NCBI GenBank assembly: GCA_000002445.1
Contig: CP000068.1
Location: forward strand, 1 to 64,000
From: Trypanosoma brucei
Taxonomy: Eukaryota
Direction: 5' to 3'
DNA length: 64,000 nt
Part shown: one piece after another, positions 12,220 to 24,600 of the stretch
Numbering within the stretch: position 1 is the first letter of the stretch
Layout: every line of letters starts with the position of its first letter
Translations under genes and position numbers: made by a program
Notes under the pieces: generated by a model
Told to the model about the DNA's origin: nothing
The model's database searches: none
The model's input: the letters and a program-made list of their open reading frames with translations, nothing else

Positions 12220-13095
12220 CTAGACCAACAAGCGTTGAACGCATATGAAGCTTAATGTTGCGGTGATTAACATCACGTGCCTTTTGTGCGCTGTGGTTCT
12301 CCCCACTTGTGTACTGTTTGCTTCTTGCTCCAGGTCATCCAGATCCTTTCGTGTCTCTTTTTGTGCATTTTCTTTCACAGTGCCCAAAATCACCCTCTGT
12401 GCTGGCGGCCACTTCATGTTGCTCTCTCCTTCCTTTGCTACTTGCAGTGGTGCTACATCCCCTCCTTGGTTCTGGCCTTCATCCCCGCTCCCGGGGTTTC
12501 TTTGTTCACCCTCGGCCATTTGTTTTACTTGCCCTTCCGCTTGTCCGCTCCATAACTCAGTAGTCCTTTGTTGCCCTTCATCTGAGGACGGCTCAGCTGA
12601 TCCTTCGTTCCCTCCGCGAATTGCGGTACCACTTGCTCTACCAACTTGTCTTTCACCATTTATAGTGGCACTCAAAGCGTCAAATGATGGCTGACGAGAA
12701 GCGATTGAACGCAAGTCTAGGCCTCCTCTCTCTTCATGTTGGGTAGCGACCTCGTCGCCGCTTCTCAGGCTGCTTTCTGGCTTCTTCGCTGGAGCAGGTG
12801 CTGGTGGAAGCGCCCGCTGGACTGTACTGCTCTGAGGTGCAAGGGGGGATCCGCACATCTCCTTTCCATTGGAATACCATATTTCGTTGCATTTACCGCC
12901 TTCGGACGACACCGATACCGAGGTTCCACGAGACAAAGCGATTGCATTACTTGTTGTCAGTGCCAAAAAGAGGGGTGCTGTGACCTTGAACATCGTTTCT
13001 CTTATATTGCTGCTGCACAAACTGAGGGGGAAATCATCACTAAAAACACGTAAGAGATTCATTATCCCTACTGTACCAAGTAGATAGAGGGGCAT
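12220..13095 (-). CDS. Hypothetical acidic, low-complexity secreted protein (291 aa) with signal-peptide-like and C-terminal hydrophobic ends.
   Basis: The 291-aa ORF is long for its surroundings. N-terminus MPLYLLGTVGIMNLLRVF is hydrophobic. The core is S/E/G/Q-rich and probably disordered. C-terminus is ...HVMLITATLSFICVQRLLV. Same strand and spacing relative to the GPI-protein gene as in the other repeat unit. Confidence 0.45.
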   Translation of the reverse strand: MPLYLLGTVGIMNLLRVFSDDFPLSLCSSNIRETMFKVTAPLFLALTTSNAIALSRGTSVSVSSEGGKCNEIWYSNGKEMCGSPLAPQSSTVQRALPPAPAPAKKPESSLRSGDEVATQHEERGGLDLRSIASRQPSFDALSATINGERQVGRASGTAIRGGNEGSAEPSSDEGQQRTTELWSGQAEGQVKQMAEGEQRNPGSGDEGQNQGGDVAPLQVAKEGESNMKWPPAQRVILGTVKENAQKETRKDLDDLEQEANSTQVGRTTAHKRHVMLITATLSFICVQRLLV

Positions 13096-14811
13096 ATCGT
13101 TAACTGCAGAATACCCCGGCTAAGTATTATATCTACTGCCTTTATAAGTCACTTCGTATATTTCACATTCATGATTTGTTGTTTGCATTTGGTCACCTTT
13201 ATCATCATATTTTGACTTTTAAATGCATTATTGGGTAGTTGAAAAATTTTCCCCGACCAACATAGAATGACATTTAAAAAATTAGACGAAATAATAACTC
13301 GCCCCCCAAAAAAAAAACTTTAACTTTCCCAACACGTTATTGCTCTGACTCATCCATCTCCCAAAGCTGATTGAGTGTCTTCACACCATTTTGTATGTCG
13401 TTTCTTCTTTTTTACCGACGGTACGTTCCCTTTTCTCCGCACTTTCACGTGTTTTTGATTTGGTTACTATCCAAAACTTCGGTCATTTCTCTTCTTAACT
13501 CGTCCACTTTCGCACGATCTCATCTAACGGACAAAGAAGGTGTACAAAAGGGTTGTTTAGTGTTCGGAAAATCCCATGTGGAATCCTTTTGCCCCCAATT
13601 GTTAATACCGATATACGGAAGGATATGACGTAAGTTTTAACTCCCTGTAATCTGAAAACCTTCCTATATTAACGCGCGATATTTACAAACACAACAAATA
13701 TAATCTGGTGGGTTTTTGAACTTTAACAAAATTAGACTGGGTTTGAAATTTCCAAACATGTTAATGAACAGATTACACACAGAAAACGAAACACAGGTAA
13801 TGAGAAAAGGAAATGTTGGCATCGCGTTTCCGAATACTTATTTACGTGAAATTGTTTTAAAATAGGTATTACACGGTCATTCGTCATGAATGCATTTGGT
13901 GTTAAAATACGTATATAGGCGCATTGAATGTCGTTTTGTGTATTTCCACTCTCTGGAATACTTCTCTGAAAATGTCATGAGGATTCCTGTTGTCGCCACC
14001 ATCTCCGCTGAGCACCTCCTACGTTAAGCGGTCTCTGAACTCCATAGTGTATTAAACTGCTTCCAATATCTGGATCTCTTAGCACTCTGTCGGATACCTC
14101 ACATAACTACCTATTATTTTCAATTGCTGAACATCACGATTTAAAAAAGATGATGTTTTGTTTTCACCTTGCCTTGGTTAGTTACCACCCGTCAATCGTA
14201 GAAAACGTGTATAAGTGTTGCACTCATTTTTTTTTGTTTTGTAATTACAACTCCATTCTGTTTCTTTTACTCCTTTCGAAAGTTCCCCTCATTATCTGCC
14301 GTTGTCTCTTCATATCATCTCATGTTGTTCATTTTTCCATAACAGCCCTGCTTTTTCCGTGACCCCGCTACCTTCTCATTCCCCTCATGTGTTGACCCAA
14401 CGCTAATTCTTTGGATTCCGCTATTTCGGTCCCTTACATTTTAACTGGTAACCCTGCAAACCCCGTATGAGGTGTGGGCCTTGCATCCGTAACCCAGTTC
14501 ATCTCGCTCCTCCATCTCCCCTTCTTTCTGCACCGTCTACCTCAGTCACTAATTTTCTACCTTAATTTCTTTCGAGCTCACCCCCTTTCTCCCATTGCCT
14601 CAGCTACACTAATCCCCTTTGCCTATCTGTATTCAATCCCTACCAGCTCCTTTTTTCGTTATCGAGTATTATAAGCCTCGCTTAAACGAATGGGGGAAAA
14701 TAGCATGTATTTCACACTTCTCCCATTTTCTTTTACAAATTTTTTCGTCGGGATCCATCTTCATCCTTCTTAAGTATCACAAAAGGTTCAAAAGTTGCAT
14801 GATAGATTGTT

Positions 14812-15852
14812 TTATATAAATGACAGCAAAAATAGCGTTACGGGCCTGGAAGCGACTATGGTGCAACTCCTCTGCTCTTCGGGTGGTCTTTTAGTATTGT
14901 TGGTCATGTCGCTGGTTGTAGCTGTGGTATTTCTTTGCGCGTTTGGCCTTTCATTTTGTGTTGATCCGTCTGTTCTGGCAGTTGTGTGTGGACCTTCAGT
15001 TTTGCTCGGTGTCGACCTATCTGATTTTTCCTTTTTGCTAGTTTCTTTAGTTTGTGGATGTGCATTGCTATATGCTCGTTCTTCAACTGTCGCAACTTCG
15101 CTCCTCAGGGTTTCCAGCTTACTGAGCCATTCAATACCGCTTGCATTGTCTTCATCAGTTCCCCTTGGATACATCACACAAATTCCGTCACTCTCTGTCG
15201 CGGCCCCGTTGCAAGTATGTAGTCCTCTATCTTTACCTCCCCCAAAGATATAGTGGTGTTCCCGTCCACTTGTGTCCGTATACCTCCTTACACGCTCCTT
15301 GAGTTGCTTTTTCTTCTCTTGAAATTCAGCCACCGTTGGCATGCCTTCCCTTAACCCTGTATCGCATTTACTTTGCATAGTTTTCCACAATTTTTCATGG
15401 CCTTCTCCGTTTCTCCACCTTGCAGAGCCAGTTTGCTTGACGTTTCCCGCGTAGCAAATAATCTTAATCGTTGACTTTTGGTCGTTTCCATCACATAGGC
15501 AAACAAGATCTTTCACAAGTGACTTTCCAGCCGGGGCGGCTGCAAGGCCATTACCCCGTCCACAATCCAGATCTCTGTACAGATTCCATGTCAATTTACT
15601 TACATCACTTATTCCCGTTCCAAACAAAATTTCATTGACCTTCTTTTTCAGAGGGTCCATATTCGGCCCTGATGTTCCTTCCATTTTTCCCAATAGCTCA
15701 TTTATTCGCTCTGTCAACCTAACAAATCCGCACAACATTTTAAACTCCTCCATGTTGACTATGCTTTCTTCTGCAGTGGATACGTCCACCACCGCAAAGA
15801 CTAACGCTACCGTATATCTCACCGACTCCGACCACATTTTCACCTCTACCAC
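14812..15852 (-). CDS. Surface-type protein of 346 aa with signal peptide and GPI-signal-like C-terminus. Paralogue of 2864-3892 (ESAG-like family).
   Basis: 346-aa ORF. N-terminus has hydrophobic stretch SVRYTVALVFAVVDVSTA. Shares conserved Cys and motif blocks with 2864-3892: YIFGGGKDRGLHTCNGAATESDGICVMYPRGTDEDNASGIEWLSKLETL. Has a Ser/Thr-rich stalk and the tail RPVTLFLLSFI. About 350 bp of upstream flank (15853-16210) is also homologous to 3893-4300. Confidence 0.6.
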   Translation of the reverse strand: MVEVKMWSESVRYTVALVFAVVDVSTAEESIVNMEEFKMLCGFVRLTERINELLGKMEGTSGPNMDPLKKKVNEILFGTGISDVSKLTWNLYRDLDCGRGNGLAAAPAGKSLVKDLVCLCDGNDQKSTIKIICYAGNVKQTGSARWRNGEGHEKLWKTMQSKCDTGLREGMPTVAEFQEKKKQLKERVRRYTDTSGREHHYIFGGGKDRGLHTCNGAATESDGICVMYPRGTDEDNASGIEWLSKLETLRSEVATVEERAYSNAHPQTKETSKKEKSDRSTPSKTEGPHTTARTDGSTQNERPNAQRNTTATTSDMTNNTKRPPEEQRSCTIVASRPVTLFLLSFI

Positions 15853-18800
15853 TATTTAAATTACTCTCCTTAAAAACCACAAAAATTTAGGTCACAAACC
15901 TTCCATTTTGCAAACTTCAAAATTGTAAACGTAGCACACTCGGCGACATTTCTACAACGCAGGTTCTACTCCTATTATAGGCACTTTGAATTAAGGAGAA
16001 AGCGATGCTCCTCGTTAATGTAGTATTTCCTGTGCTGTGGAGTGTGTGCCATCAACACATTGCAGCACACAGACCGTACAAACTCCTTGGTATGGTGGCG
16101 CGAAGGCTAGTTCCCGATCCATTCGTACGACTTTGGTAACCACTCTGCTGGGTTTCAGGGGGCTCTCAAATATCTGCCGCTATGGCAGTGCCATTGAACT
16201 TTAGTCAAAAGAACTCCGACGTTTCTCCACAAGAACCGAATTTGGAAATGCGACACCACGTGAAACATCTGCATCTGTTGGGGTGGCATCTTCCTCTCGC
16301 ACAACGGAAGCACCAGCATAGATGAGAATTTTCTCGGTTACAAGAAGGAAATAAGTTATTCTCCTACTGAAAACAACCTTTTAACGTCACTCACCCCAAG
16401 CCAAAAGCAACCGCGAAATTCTTCGAGACCTGGCAAATAAGCATATTATACGGATCCTCTTCCCACTTGCCAGGGTGTGTACTTTCCTCGATCTCATGGA
16501 TTCCATGCGGAGCACCCTTACCCATGGAAAAGCTTGCTGCCGCATAACAGTTTCTGTTACATCCTGACTACACTAAACACAGGCTCAACGAATAAGTGTG
16601 AACCTCCAGAACGATAATGTCGACTTTTGACACTTGAGGAAAAGGCCTGCAATGCTTGTTTTCTTGAATTGGGCTGACTTCCCGCTTTCCGATGCATATT
16701 TGTACCGAGACGAAGAGCACCGTATGCGCCGTTCATCAACGATAACTGGAGCCACAATCGATATTCCTTTATCCCTCTGTGGCTAACCGAAAGTGCTTGT
16801 CGTCGCCACCAGTGCTGCTCTTAGTAGGTTTTTTTTCCGCAATATCGGGTCCCTACGCGGGAAGTTAATTCTCCCAACAATTCAGTTGAGAAGCTACAGT
16901 GTATGCATTGTAGTGAACACGTTACTGTATTCCTCTCATTTCCTGGGAGAGTTAAGCATGTCGTTGTTCCGCAGCTTCGTATTCCATTACTTGTCCTTTC
17001 ACCGGTATCACACATTCCTTTACCGTTGTTAATGGGTCTCGGGGGCACCGTACTGTCCTGTATCAGCTCCTGCTGTATCGCTGGGAATTCTTCTGGACTC
17101 AACCTGGAACCACCGATCCTCTATTTCACTTCGCAACTGCATGTAGTGGTGCCATTATTGCAACCTATATTTTTCCGTTAGTTCCACATTACTGTGCTTC
17201 GCATTGAACCAACATACCCATTTGACTTTTTTGCGCTGTGAGCACAAGCAATGGTTTACATCAGTGTGTTGGTCCACAATGTATTACGAGGCCTACCCTC
17301 TTTCGCATAATATAAATGCACAAATTCTACATTTATTCGCGTCTTCTCCATGATTATCAGTAGCATCAATTTCATAAGAAAGATTCACAGATTTGACTAG
17401 CGTGTGCCACCACAGTATAATCTTAAGTAATTCCACAAGCACTTTTAGGCGCAATGCCGCATATCGTACAAATTGTTGATTTTGCAAAGATATCGTTGAT
17501 TTCTCTTCTTCTCTTTCTCTCTGTGCTCACCCCCTCGTGTGGATCATAGTGGCATTTAGCAGTATCATATGCATCTCTCTTCTAATTTGTGCACGGTCAG
17601 CTGATATTATTATATATATAGTATTTTGGAGAGTCGCTCAGGCAGTAGTTTAGGAACCACCAGCAGTTGCGTTCTGGATTCCATGTTACTAAGTGATTTG
17701 TTATTGTAAATACCATGAGTTAGCTGAGAGTTCCAGACACAATACGACATGCTCTACCTTGCATCCTTGCTATGACTCTTGCTCTTTTCTTTTCGCCTCA
17801 TAGTATCACATCTCAATTTTGCATGTGACAGTGTGAGGTATAAGCACAAAGTGGCATGCTTGAAGTGAATTTTTGCTTGTCGCTCACTAATGTTGGTAGC
17901 CCAATGAGAGATGTGGTAGTCATGCGCTTCCAACATTTCATATGCCCATTATGTGCCATCGGAATCCCTTCCACAGTAACACGATAACAGGGTATACCTC
18001 AGGGTTCCTATCCTCTCCTCCACGTGAATGCCACCAAGCCCTAAAATCAGGAATATCCTTGAAGAAGTATCCCATTCAGAATGTATCCTTTATTGTCTCC
18101 ATAATAAGTCGTATTCGCTTTTGTAGTGAGACCTGTTTATGGATAAATTTTCCAGAAGCGTCTCGTTGTTGTTGTTGTTGTTTTCGCTCCGCCGTAGAGC
18201 AGTGCAAAGTTGTACGGTGGCACCTGCAAAAGCGATCAGTTATTCGTGTCCGCTGGTTCGTTGATGTTTGGGTCGCCACAGCTACCTTACAATTTCATAA
18301 TATCTCTCTTTATCCTGGTTTCTACAAACCACTTTCTTCTAACTGTCATTCAGATAAACTCGGTGCAGCATATCACTTTTTTTTCGTGTACGAAATCGCG
18401 CTTCAACCACATTTTTCTCTACCATATGCGCTACGGGGCCATCGTGTATTTGAGAGCCTGCATTGTTCCCACTTGCAAAGTCGCGAATGGTCTTCTGGTA
18501 TTAGCTCAACTGTTCCTTACAACTTTCCTTTTCATACTGTTTCACGTTGTTGGAAGTTTCCTGTTACATTCACAAAAACGTCATCACAGCTGCCAACGAA
18601 TAACGTGTAATGAAACCTATGTGCCTTTGGTGTTAAGGTACACATGCAATCAATTCTACGTCGTCTGTGGCAGAACATATTAATACATTGCAGTATATTT
18701 GCTCAATCAACCTTGATGTTTTCCCCACGTTCCTCCGGGATTAGCCACGCACGGTTTTTCACCTTTTATATCTTTTGGAAAGACGCGGATTGGGAAAAAA

Positions 18801-21595
18801 ATTCGCAAGCTTATGCATCACCACCCCTCCCTGGTATTTCCTCCATATGCCTAGGGTACTATCCAGAATACTGTGGTGGATTTTGCTGTTGCTATTGTGT
18901 ATAGAATGTGTTCTTTTCTAGGAGATAATCTGCACCTGATGTTTTCTAACCTGAAAACATCGACAAATGTCATAAACCTTCACGCTACGCTCTGTTTCTA
19001 CTTTTCTCTGGTCGCACAATTCTCAAGCCTGATAACATCAGCTTCATCCGTTGCGGGATGCTTTAGTCACTTCAGTCTCAGTATCCTTCAAAAGACGCTT
19101 CACTTCCACACATGGCAACTTGTATCTCAGAAGTTTCTGTAATGCTACGACCTCGCCGCGGTTGAATTATCCTCATTAAAATTTAACATCTTTAAGTGCT
19201 CACCAACCAGGTCATCAGGGCACACAATCACATTTCGCATTACGCTACACCAATACGGCCGGCTTTCAGGGAGTATATATGTAGGACAGCACTGTGCAAA
19301 ATGCGGGTGAGAATTGAGAGCCCGTATACAAATGTCCCACAAAATTTATTCACCACACTCCATCTACTCCCTTAATATTTGGAAGTCCCAAACGTTCATA
19401 TTTTCTGCAACTGCTGATGCCATGTCGTACATCCTACCACACAAATATTCCACACCTCTGTGCACAGAATGAAGTCCTCTAAGAATTTTTAACCACCGCT
19501 ATTAACTTACTTCTTGCGTAAAAAAAAAATAATAGAAACAAGACAGAACAAAGGGTAAGATCCTATTTATCACCGGTGTGCCTTCATTGGCAAACCTAAC
19601 TCCTCAGAAGGAAACCGTCACAAGCCACGAAGCGCATGACGCATATGATTTCCATCACTCAGGTACATGAGGTGGATTGCATGACGTACCCACCTTTTAG
19701 GAACACACCATCCGGATCGCCCTATTAAAACAGAAGAGACACTATAAGGTTTAAAGACGTTTTTTCATGAACCTTCACTTTATTCGCAAGGATGCATGCG
19801 CAAACAATGACAACAATGGCAATGCTAGCGAAAACAGTGATGGACCGTGAGGATCCTAGAAAAAAAACACGTACTTTTTACATTAAGGAAACTTAATAAA
19901 TAACAAAATATTAATGTGTCCCACACAGAGGCATGGAGAACGTTCGCCAACTTCGCAACGCTGGTCAAAAAGTATTCAAATGTATAGACCATTAGTACAG
20001 TCAGTTGAATAAGAAGTAACATGCAATGCACACACATATACAAAAAAAACTTACAAAACCTACAGACTCGAATGTCTCATCGTTATTCGCCCACTGAAAG
20101 TGATGTTAATTTCATGTTGAACAAAATGGAGACCGATACCGTAAGTGCACCTCGTCCAAAACATATAACGCATACCATTTGAATGGAAGATACAATTTTT
20201 GTGCCCACATAATCTGCTTCATGCCATCACGTCAACACAACCAGGTGTCCGAATACTCCACAAATGTCTTCACCATTTGCAAAACTTAGCATTGCTTCAC
20301 ATTGGCCTACACATAGCAGCGTCCACCAAACAACTAGTGTGGGCAGCATGTGATGATCAGAACACTATGCACTCCACTTACGAGAGGCCTTCACCTCTTT
20401 AAGAACCAGCATAAATTCAGTGAATCAGATTGGTAACATTGTCCGACGGATTCGCTTGTGAGCTGCACAGATTTTTAAAGCGATGAGAACAGCTATTAGG
20501 ATACCAGCGGTGTGTTGCATTCCAGTGTCAATGCCAACCAAGGGCGATACAACCGCTACATTTCGACTCGTGGGTGGCATTGACACTAGAAAAAGAACAA
20601 ACCAAAAACACGGTAGCGTGCACATACACGATTTACCGAACGAACACCGGGGACGGCGGACAGTCGCGTTCAATGGCACATCACTAATCAGTTACCTTTG
20701 GGGAAGGTTGAATACATGTTAAAAGCTAAACACATATTGATACTAGGGGACAAGAGAATATCTTTTCATTACACCAAAACGAACAATCTTATCTGCCTTT
20801 GTCTTCCGTTTGCAATTTAAAAAGGAGACGTTAAAAAAACATGTCAAAGCGTATGCTACTAATCATCATTTACAAACGTAACCGTGAAATGCTAACACAT
20901 ATAGAAGGTAATCAGCCATGAAGTGTAACCCATGCCTCTATGACGGCATCCACACATACTCGGTGGGACTCAACCTTGAAGGGCGGACAAATTTCGATTG
21001 GGACGGGCGCGAGATCACGGAAACACGTAAGGGGTAATTGCAATATTAACCCACTTGTGGTAAATCAGCACAGGATGGCGGTAAACACTGACATCCAAAA
21101 TAATGTTTGGCAAGCAAATCTGGAATAGCAAGTCATGAAATGATTCAGTATTTATCTCAATTGCCTGCACAACACACTGTATTTCCCCAATATAATCACC
21201 TTAGGCGCGACCTACCTCTGCGCTGTATCAAAGGTGTTCCATAGACAAGAAAAAGTGAAAAAATTATAATCTTGCTTGCGTTTCTGTAGCTTTCCCATCG
21301 CTAACATTATGCATGCCATATTGATTTTACGCGCATGAACAGGGACCAGAGTTCGTATCACATTTTTTTTTAATCACCATCACCTCTTTCTCTGACTTCG
21401 TTTTTCACGTTGATTCAAAAATGCATGAAGGCTACAATTTCCACTTGATACGGAACTTCAGCATCGTACAGTTCCGTGTAAAGCGAGCGAGCAAACAAAC
21501 GCGTTTCACCTTGATGTTCATTGTAAATGAGAGTCATTGAAGTTTCACAGATTATGAGTCGCCCACGGGAGTTGTGCGATTACTACAGCGGTCGA

Positions 21596-21613
21596 GGGAG
21601 AGAGAGAGAGAGA
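21596..21613. repeat. (GA)n microsatellite.
   Basis: Sequence gagagagagagagagat seen directly. Confidence 0.8.
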
Positions 21614-24600
21614 TGCGGCCGCTAGCAGGGGTGTCCGGATATAGTGGAACTAAAACGCATTTGCTACTGTATTTCTGAGGACTCGTCCTCACCTTTCTGT
21701 CAAAGTGACGCATGTATCATATGGATTATGGAACAGGTTCGGATGCTCTCATTATAACTATTGCGTGCGCAGTTGTTAAAATGACGTCCACAGCTGTTCA
21801 AATCACTTCGACGGCAGTTTCTTTCCTTGGAATAATCAGACATAGTTAGGTGGGTGCTATTTCTTTTGCCTCTTTGGGGTAGATTTTCTGTGCTCCGCGG
21901 TGGCATGGTAAATGAATAAATGTATTCCTTCCTTCACGAGCACACATACAGCGCAGTGTTCATTCCACTACTTTTGGTTGGTTGTATAAGCCCTTTTTTT
22001 TTAACCATGCAGTCACAAACCCATCACAGTAATGCGATGTGACAATTTCATGCATCTGAGGTTTGATGTTTCTAATTATTTCCTGTATGTGCTGTATCTT
22101 TGTAACCATAAATATGAATATCCGCGTGCTGATTTTCATCCACACAAACAGTTATCTGCAACATTCCTGTACTCAAATAACCTTGAACAGTGGAGATACG
22201 ATTAACACGTGACACTATGCACACATTTCCAACCACCAATGCGCAGGTGCAAGTAAAGAAAGTTAGAGCATTAAGGTCGTTAAAGATGACTTGCTCTCAT
22301 TGCTTCCAAATCCTTTTTGGAGAAGCAATTGTGATACTGAAACATACAGACCTGGCAAGTAGTACTCATCTGAGCAGCAGAATCTTACCTGGTGTGGCAG
22401 CGGTTGGGGTCATCGCAAACGGAATCCAAAACAACACATCGGAAATTCAGTGTGAAACAACAACCTATCTAGTTTCAAAAACAGCGGGCTCAATACATCG
22501 CAAGAGGGGAACTGTTGGCACACAACCACCTTCACATGGGTACTTATAAGTTCAAACAGCGCTCCCGAATACGACACTGCATCGCCAATGTCTAGTTTTT
22601 AGTGCAGCAAAAACAAAGTAAATTTGCGCGCCGCTTGCCTGTCGGTTTGCAGTGAAATGTCGAAGCCCGGTTTTTCCGCGAAGCTTATGCACGTGCAAGC
22701 CTTAACCAGCGTCTGGTGCCTGTCAAAACTTTCGAATCTTAGCTAGGATGCCAAGGAAAAAACATTCGCCGCTCCTTCGCGACTTCAGGCGACGCCTCGG
22801 ATGAATAGACATCACCAATCGTCAACGCGCTCCGCCGCAACAATGCAACTTTCTTTCCTCCCGAAGTAGAAACGGATGGAGTTTAAGGAAAATACGCCTC
22901 CCGCCCGATATGGCCAAGAACCCATTAACGCTCGCTATTCTAAAATGAAAGCTCACGGAGTGTCGACGCTCGTTCGGCACAGCACGGAGATATTCGGGGG
23001 CCAGAAGGCGGCGAAACCTTTGAAAGGCACGACTGCTACACTTGCGCCCGCAAGCGGCAACCGACCCTCAGTGACCTCTGGATGCTTTGGACAACCCCTG
23101 ACGCAAGCACGGAAGGGTTGGGGGCAAGTGAACTAGATCGAGTGCCCAACAATTATTAGGGCAGATGCGTACTCACACTAACGTAACCAGGGCTTCTGCG
23201 TACCAAAGGGTTAAGGTTGAAATCCTGACATCGCACTTGTAGCTTGATGGTGGCTTTGCAGTCGCCGGTGACAGAGCTCAAACCCGACACATTAATTGGA
23301 AGCCCGTACCCTCTCCCCGCTATTACCGACATTAAAGGATGCGGTGCGACACACTGGAAAGTGGCGAAGACCTCAAACAGCATTCAAAAGACGGATCGCC
23401 TTCGGTGCGGCAGTACGAAGCGCCATGGAAGGCTCCGCGCACTGTGAGTTCCGCGTCGCCAAATTTTTGTGGGAAAGGGGATAGATCAGCTAAGTTTTCG
23501 GAAACAATGTGCTACGAAGCCTCGTCAGCATTTTCTTTTTTTGAAGAAGAAGAAATCGATAAAGGAAGCGGACGAACTCAAGGGCACCAATACACTTGCC
23601 GTTCGTGACGAGGATGTCCAAAAGGCTGCTGAAAACAAAGGCATCACACTGCCTGCAAAAACAGAGGGCTGATCGCGACTGAAAATAGACACCGATGAAA
23701 ACTTTGTAAAAAGGACGAGCGGTGGGTATATCTTGAGACTGTTCGGCGAATGTAAATAGAGAAACCTAGGGTGCCGCTTGCTTTCTCTAGAGAAAAAAAC
23801 TTCCTTTCAAGTTAGTTGTCGCACTGCGTCCATCGCCAACCTCAACTTGGGCTGCGCATGGGCGGGCTGATGTCGAAGCACCTGCGGATGCGCTACTTAA
23901 CGGAAATGTAAAGAAAAGGGATCCAAAGCACACGGACGGGCCAGCCAGTGAACATTCCAGGAGCCGATGACTGACCATTTTAACCGTTTTCACGCCCTGA
24001 GTTAGCAGAAGTGGTTTGGGGAGCTTCCCGCCAACTGATGGGGGTGAGGCTTGGTTCTGAAAGCGGTAGGAGCTAAGCAAAGGTGCTGCGCGAAAGCTGA
24101 CTTATCTTCGTAATCGATGAACTTCGTCTAGAGAAGACTGCTGAAAAATGCCTTCACTGAAGGAAAACTGCTTTTTCATTCCCTAGAGAAATCGACTAAT
24201 AATGTCGAGTTGTATTGACTTGTCGCTGTGGCCGTTGGAACGTAGAAACTCAACGGAAGGGTTGTCGCCAGAAGGAAAGAACGCGTGCTTGAGCGAGCCG
24301 GTGCGCAACAATAATATCTCTTCTGGTGGAAGTTTGCCGTCAGCTCTCTCGAGCAAGCGGCGGTCTACACCAAACTCGAGGGAATGCCTCCAGTGCAAAA
24401 GTGGCGCTACCGGATTGTATGTCAGTACATTATTCTTGAGGATGAAGGAGGGGAGCGTGAACGTCTCATCCTCCGCTCATGGCGTTTAGCGTGAATCCAC
24501 GTCTAACGCAACGGATGTGTGGCTCCTTGTTAGAGAGGGAAAGTTGAGCAAATGGGGATCTTAACGTAACTGACACTGCGAAGATAACAGGCATGACGTT

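Noticed and set aside
17942-18683. ORFs of 222 and 157 aa on the plus strand in the desert region.
   Set aside because: They have no signal, domain or composition features of real trypanosome proteins. They are Cys/Phe/Ser-rich with homopolymer-derived runs such as CCCCC. They are most likely chance ORFs.
23150-23250. Possible tRNA. A GGTTGAAATCC motif resembles a T-arm.
   Set aside because: The T-loop would have G instead of the invariant C56. The flanking bases do not form a T-stem or acceptor stem. No cloverleaf could be folded by eye.
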